Shown here piece after piece: positions 60,181 through 64,000 of a stretch of DNA of 64,000 nt; positions within the stretch are counted from its first letter, which is position 1; every line of letters starts with the position of its first letter. The stretch comes from Rikenellaceae bacterium. Lineage in GTDB: Bacteria; Bacteroidota; Bacteroidia; Bacteroidales; Rikenellaceae. A program made the position numbers and the translations under genes. The notes below the pieces were generated by a model. It worked only from the letters and a program-made list of their open reading frames with translations, had not been told where the DNA came from and searched no databases. Location: NCBI GenBank assembly GCA_047173645.1, contig JBCQUZ010000001.1:219-64218 (forward strand). Direction: 5' to 3'.

Positions 60181-60650
60181 GGCTGGACTGCCTAACGCCG
60201 GCGGGCGGTGCGAGCCGCACGGGCAGTTTTATATAGCGCTTTGGGATACGAGCCTGCGGCTCTAAAAAACAGAGAGACAATATTTTGGTTTCGAATGAAT
60301 TCGACCAAAATATTGTCTCTCTGTTTTTATTAAACACCTATGGTGTTTAATCCCAAATCGAGGGCAACCATGATGTAACCACGATGTAATCATATGGTAA
60401 CTATAATGTGTGCAATTTGACATACGATTTGGCATTGTAAACCTCGGGTTACCAGATACATTGCAACCTCGGGTGGGCTATCAAACCAACGGTTTGATAG
60501 CAAAAAATATGAGTTGTGTTTGACGCTGAGAGTTCACTCTCATAAGTCAAACACAACTCATATTTTTTGTCGAAATGCCAAAGGCATTACGATACCCACT
60601 CCGCTATATAAAATCAGCTCTGCGGGGAGCACCCCGCCCGACGGAGTCAG
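60181..60650. repeat. Composite palindromic repeat locus C (divergent cruciform module plus A-type module, in opposite orientations)
   Basis: 60181-60226 equals 25482-25527; 60465-60650 matches 24089-24275; 60226-60363 has the same architecture with different sequence. Confidence 0.88.
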
Positions 60651-60683
60651 TCCCATAGTAGTAGGCCTCATCTCTTTTGCCGA

Positions 60684-62555
60684 CTACCGACCAAATCGCA
60701 CCAAAAGCACATTGACATCAGCAGGAGATACTCCAGGGATGCGAGCTGCTTGACCGATGGTTCGGGGGCGGATCTTGGTAAGTTTTTGGCGAGCCTCTAT
60801 CGTTAGGGCTTGGGCTGAATGATAGTCAAAAGAGTCTGGTATAGAGATATTTTCGAGACGCTGTAGCTTGTCGGCTATGGCGCGCTCACGCTCTATGTAT
60901 CCGCGATATTTAACCTGTACCTCCGCCTGCTCGATAATCTCGGATGAGGGGAGTTGCTCCGCAAGGAAACGCTTTAGTTTGGGTATATATTTCGATATTT
61001 CGACAATCGACACGCCATTGCGAATCAATATGTCGGAGATTTTTTTGCCCTGAGTCAGAGGGTATTGACCCAATGAAACAAGATACTCTTCGACCTGAGC
61101 TGGCTTTACACTCACATTGTTGAGTATATCCATCAATGCGTCGAGCATGGTGCGCTTTTGGTCAAACTCTGCATATCTTTCATCCGAAATCATACCTATG
61201 CGACGAGCTATTGGCGTGAGACGCATATCGGCATTATCTTGACGTAGAAGTATGCGATACTCCGCTCGCGAGGTGAACATTCGATATGGCTCATCAACCC
61301 CCTTGGTCACAAGGTCATCAATCAAAACACCGATGTAAGCCTCATCGCGCGAAAGGATCAATGGCTCTTCGCCACGCAACGAAAGTGCGGCGTTTATTCC
61401 AGCTATAAGACCTTGTGCTCCAGCCTCTTCATAGCCTGTTGTTCCATTTATTTGACCTGCAAAATAGAGCCCTTCGATTAACTTTGTCTCCAATGAATGG
61501 CGCAATTGCGTTGGCGGAAAGTAGTCATATTCAATGGCATATCCTGGGCGATAGATATGCAAATCTTCGAACCCTTCGATCTTGTGCAGAGCCTCCCATT
61601 GCACCTCCCACGGTAGGGACGAGGAGAATCCATTGAGGTAATATTCATTTGTATCGCGACCCTCAGGCTCAAGAAATAGTTGATGTTGATCCTTGTCGGC
61701 AAAGGTGCGGAGCTTATCTTCGATACTTGGGCAATATCTCGGGCCAATGCCATGAATCGTACCATTAAAAAGTGGTGAGCGCGAGAACCCATCCTTTAGC
61801 GTATCGTGCACATCGACAGATGTATATACTAGGTAACAAGGCATCTGATTCTCGACCGCCACGGTTTGTGACGAATATGAGAATTTAGATGGCACCTCGT
61901 CGCCATATTGCGCTTCGAGTTTCGAGAAGTTTATGGTGCGAGCATCCAATCGCGAGGGGGTTCCCGTCTTCATGCGTCCCGCTTCGAAACCCACCTTTAT
62001 GAGCGATTCGGTAACCCCCACAGAGTGAGAATCTCCAGCGCGACCACCATTGGCTTGGGCATCGCCACAGTGCATAAGACCACCAAGGAATGTGCCACTC
62101 GTCAATATCACCTTCGAGGCATGAAACTCCACCCCCATTTGGGTGCGCACACCCTTCACCTTCGACCCCTCGAAGAGTACCTCCACTACGCTATCTTGCC
62201 ATATATATAGATTCTCCTGGTTTTCGAGTCTACGTCGCCACTCTGCCGAAAATTGAGCTTTGTCGCACTGTGCACGAGGGCTCCACATCGCGGCTCCTTT
62301 GCTACGATTAAGCATACGGAATTGTATGGTGCTAAGGTCGGTAACGATACCCATCTCGCCACCTAACGCATCTATCTCGCGCACGATTTGCCCTTTGGCA
62401 ACTCCTCCCACCGCAGGGTTGCACGACATATTTGCAAACTTGGTCATATCCATTGTCAACAACAAAGTTCGCGCACCGAGCTTTGCCGCCGCCGATGCCG
62501 CTTCGCACCCTGCATGACCTGCTCCAACAACTATTATTTCGTATTGTAAAACCAT
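60684..62555 (-). CDS. mnmG: tRNA uridine-5-carboxymethylaminomethyl modification enzyme
   Basis: GAGHAGCEA, MSCNPAVGG.AKG, R.KTGTP, GPRYCPSIEDK, AGQINGTTGYEEA; ATG 62555. Confidence 0.97.
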   Translation of the reverse strand: MVLQYEIIVVGAGHAGCEAASAAAKLGARTLLLTMDMTKFANMSCNPAVGGVAKGQIVREIDALGGEMGIVTDLSTIQFRMLNRSKGAAMWSPRAQCDKAQFSAEWRRRLENQENLYIWQDSVVEVLFEGSKVKGVRTQMGVEFHASKVILTSGTFLGGLMHCGDAQANGGRAGDSHSVGVTESLIKVGFEAGRMKTGTPSRLDARTINFSKLEAQYGDEVPSKFSYSSQTVAVENQMPCYLVYTSVDVHDTLKDGFSRSPLFNGTIHGIGPRYCPSIEDKLRTFADKDQHQLFLEPEGRDTNEYYLNGFSSSLPWEVQWEALHKIEGFEDLHIYRPGYAIEYDYFPPTQLRHSLETKLIEGLYFAGQINGTTGYEEAGAQGLIAGINAALSLRGEEPLILSRDEAYIGVLIDDLVTKGVDEPYRMFTSRAEYRILLRQDNADMRLTPIARRIGMISDERYAEFDQKRTMLDALMDILNNVSVKPAQVEEYLVSLGQYPLTQGKKISDILIRNGVSIVEISKYIPKLKRFLAEQLPSSEIIEQAEVQVKYRGYIERERAIADKLQRLENISIPDSFDYHSAQALTIEARQKLTKIRPRTIGQAARIPGVSPADVNVLLVRFGR

Positions 62556-62567
62556 AACTGAATCACT

Positions 62568-62621
62568 AATTTTCGACAAAGATAGCTATTTTCTAAGATT
62601 TTCGTACCTTTGTCGAAAATT
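62568..62621. promoter_or_regulatory. Back-to-back divergent promoters within a 14-bp inverted repeat
   Basis: AATTTTCGACAAAG...CTTTGTCGAAAATT; TATCTTTG on minus and TACCTTTG on plus. Confidence 0.65.
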
Positions 62622-62648
62622 AAACCTCTATTAAACCCCCATAAATTT

Positions 62649-63155
62649 ATGAAAGATCTAGTAGCCAATATCGCAATTGAATATTATAGTCGTTTTCCAG
62701 AACTTATGCGTGACGATATTTTGCACACGCAGGAGGTTGTATGTTATACTCGCTTGATTGCTGTGGGCGAAAATATCCCTACAACAGAGGTCGATTTATT
62801 GGAGGCAGCAGCATGGATGCACGACATTGGATGCCCTCGATCGAAGGAGATATATGGCAACTCATTGCCCGAAAATCAACAACGCGTGGGTAAAGTCGTG
62901 GCGGATGAGTTGCTAGCTGATCTAGAGGTTCTAAACAAAGAGGAGAAGCAGTGGATTGCGGATGTTGTGGCATCGCACCATCAATTTTCTAAGGTCGAAG
63001 AGTTGGGTTTTGCCCCTCTATTTGAGGCAGATTTGATAGTTAATATTTTGTCGGGTTACCACCCTCTCAACAAAGCGCAACACCTCTATGAATCTATGAT
63101 GCGTACTCAAACAGGCAAAAGATTATTTAGAACATTGATAGGTGTAGAAGAGTAA
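62649..63155 (+). CDS. HD-domain protein
   Basis: HT..V, AA..HDIG, HH, LFEAD; ATG 62649. Confidence 0.85.
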   Translation: MKDLVANIAIEYYSRFPELMRDDILHTQEVVCYTRLIAVGENIPTTEVDLLEAAAWMHDIGCPRSKEIYGNSLPENQQRVGKVVADELLADLEVLNKEEKQWIADVVASHHQFSKVEELGFAPLFEADLIVNILSGYHPLNKAQHLYESMMRTQTGKRLFRTLIGVEE

Positions 63156-63233
63156 CGAGTATTCGAAAATAATATAGGGGAACAGAATAGGAACAGAAGT
63201 GAAATAGAAGGAAGATATATTGAATATATATTT

Positions 63234-63968
63234 ATGGATATTAAAAATTTGAAGAGTTTTAGTGAGATTGATGAATCGTTCACGACATTTGACGACAACC
63301 CAGCATTGCGAGAACTAACGATGCAACTTGCTAGTTCTGTGGCAGTTCTCACATTGCCTCATGAGCTTTATCGTACAGATGATGGGGGGATGATATATGG
63401 CGAGAAGAGTATCGATAAAGATTCCATGCGCATGATTATGGACGAGGAGGAGTATCGAGCAAATGGCTCTTATGAGCAGATTGCAGATTTGGTGGCTGAG
63501 GTATCGACAATCTCGAAGCTCGATGTGTTGAATTTTTGGGAACAGGTGATATTTTGTTGGGTTGCAGGGTGCAGCGACATGGGGCATTTGCAATTTTCGA
63601 TGCACGAACCACACAGGGGGTTATATGCCTTGACTCCAGCGAGCGAGTTTTTACCTATGGCAATTATCAGATCCCAAGGTGAAGGTGCGCAGAATGAAGG
63701 TATGGAGAATGAAGATATGGCGGATAAAGGTATGACGGGTAAAGATATGGCGCTCACGATAAATCGCAAGCGCCACAATATTACACGTCAAGATTTCGAA
63801 ACTGCGATGAAGCAATCGGGGCTTAAGGCTAAAATTATAAATGGAATATTTGCGCGTTACACAGCGATTCTTCCAACATGGAACGAGATTATCGACTCTT
63901 CGTATATTGGTGAGGAGTTGATAATTAACTACAAGGAGTTTGTGGCTAAGAGGGTTGGTTCTTTGTAA
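63234..63968 (+). CDS. HipA C-terminal-domain-like protein with degenerate kinase motifs
   Basis: ELTMQLA, GSYEQIA, F.W..G.SDM, L.PA, ALTIN.K...I...DF pattern of Bacteroidota HipA-like proteins. Confidence 0.65.
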   Translation: MDIKNLKSFSEIDESFTTFDDNPALRELTMQLASSVAVLTLPHELYRTDDGGMIYGEKSIDKDSMRMIMDEEEYRANGSYEQIADLVAEVSTISKLDVLNFWEQVIFCWVAGCSDMGHLQFSMHEPHRGLYALTPASEFLPMAIIRSQGEGAQNEGMENEDMADKGMTGKDMALTINRKRHNITRQDFETAMKQSGLKAKIINGIFARYTAILPTWNEIIDSSYIGEELIINYKEFVAKRVGSL

Positions 63969-63982
63969 TATTGTAATATTAA

Positions 63983-64000
63983 TTGCAAATCTTCGATTTG
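63983..64000 (+). repeat. Start of another repeat copy (F), truncated by window end
   Basis: TTGCAAATCTTCGATTTG is the exact reverse complement of the terminal part of copy B. Confidence 0.7.

Noticed and set aside
60226-60480. CRISPR array
   Set aside because: No regularly spaced identical repeats with unique spacers and no cas genes anywhere in the window.

Overview
This is a chromosomal segment from a Bacteroidota bacterium, probably Rikenellaceae/Alistipes-like, judged from TAnnTTTG promoters, A-rich translation starts without Shine-Dalgarno sequences, and protein families. Most of it is housekeeping: rpsO (partial), apbE, nfo, ctp protease, ackA-ptb-buk, pyrG-yidC-glyQS-ruvX-def, korAB, dnaX, tyrS, folB, a pyrC-carAB-pyrKDF-grx-pyrE operon, mnmG and tRNA-Glu. 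The main highlight is an intact 8-gene phage-structural operon at 4999-12856 (tail/baseplate-like proteins, ClpP-type prohead protease, major capsid, portal, adaptor, holin). It has a host-type promoter and terminator but no integrase, att site, terminase, tape measure, lysin or replication genes, so it is a candidate domesticated phage module or gene-transfer-agent-like system. Other notable items are a modular palindromic repeat family with at least 6 loci and structural covariation, an unannotated 32-codon leader peptide plus terminator upstream of the pyr operon, an apparently circularly permuted DUF4374/XusB-like lipoprotein, dnaX split at an A10 run, an HzsA-like di-heme protein, and an orphan HipA-like protein with degenerate catalytic motifs. 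All family assignments come from motif recognition by eye, without database searches.
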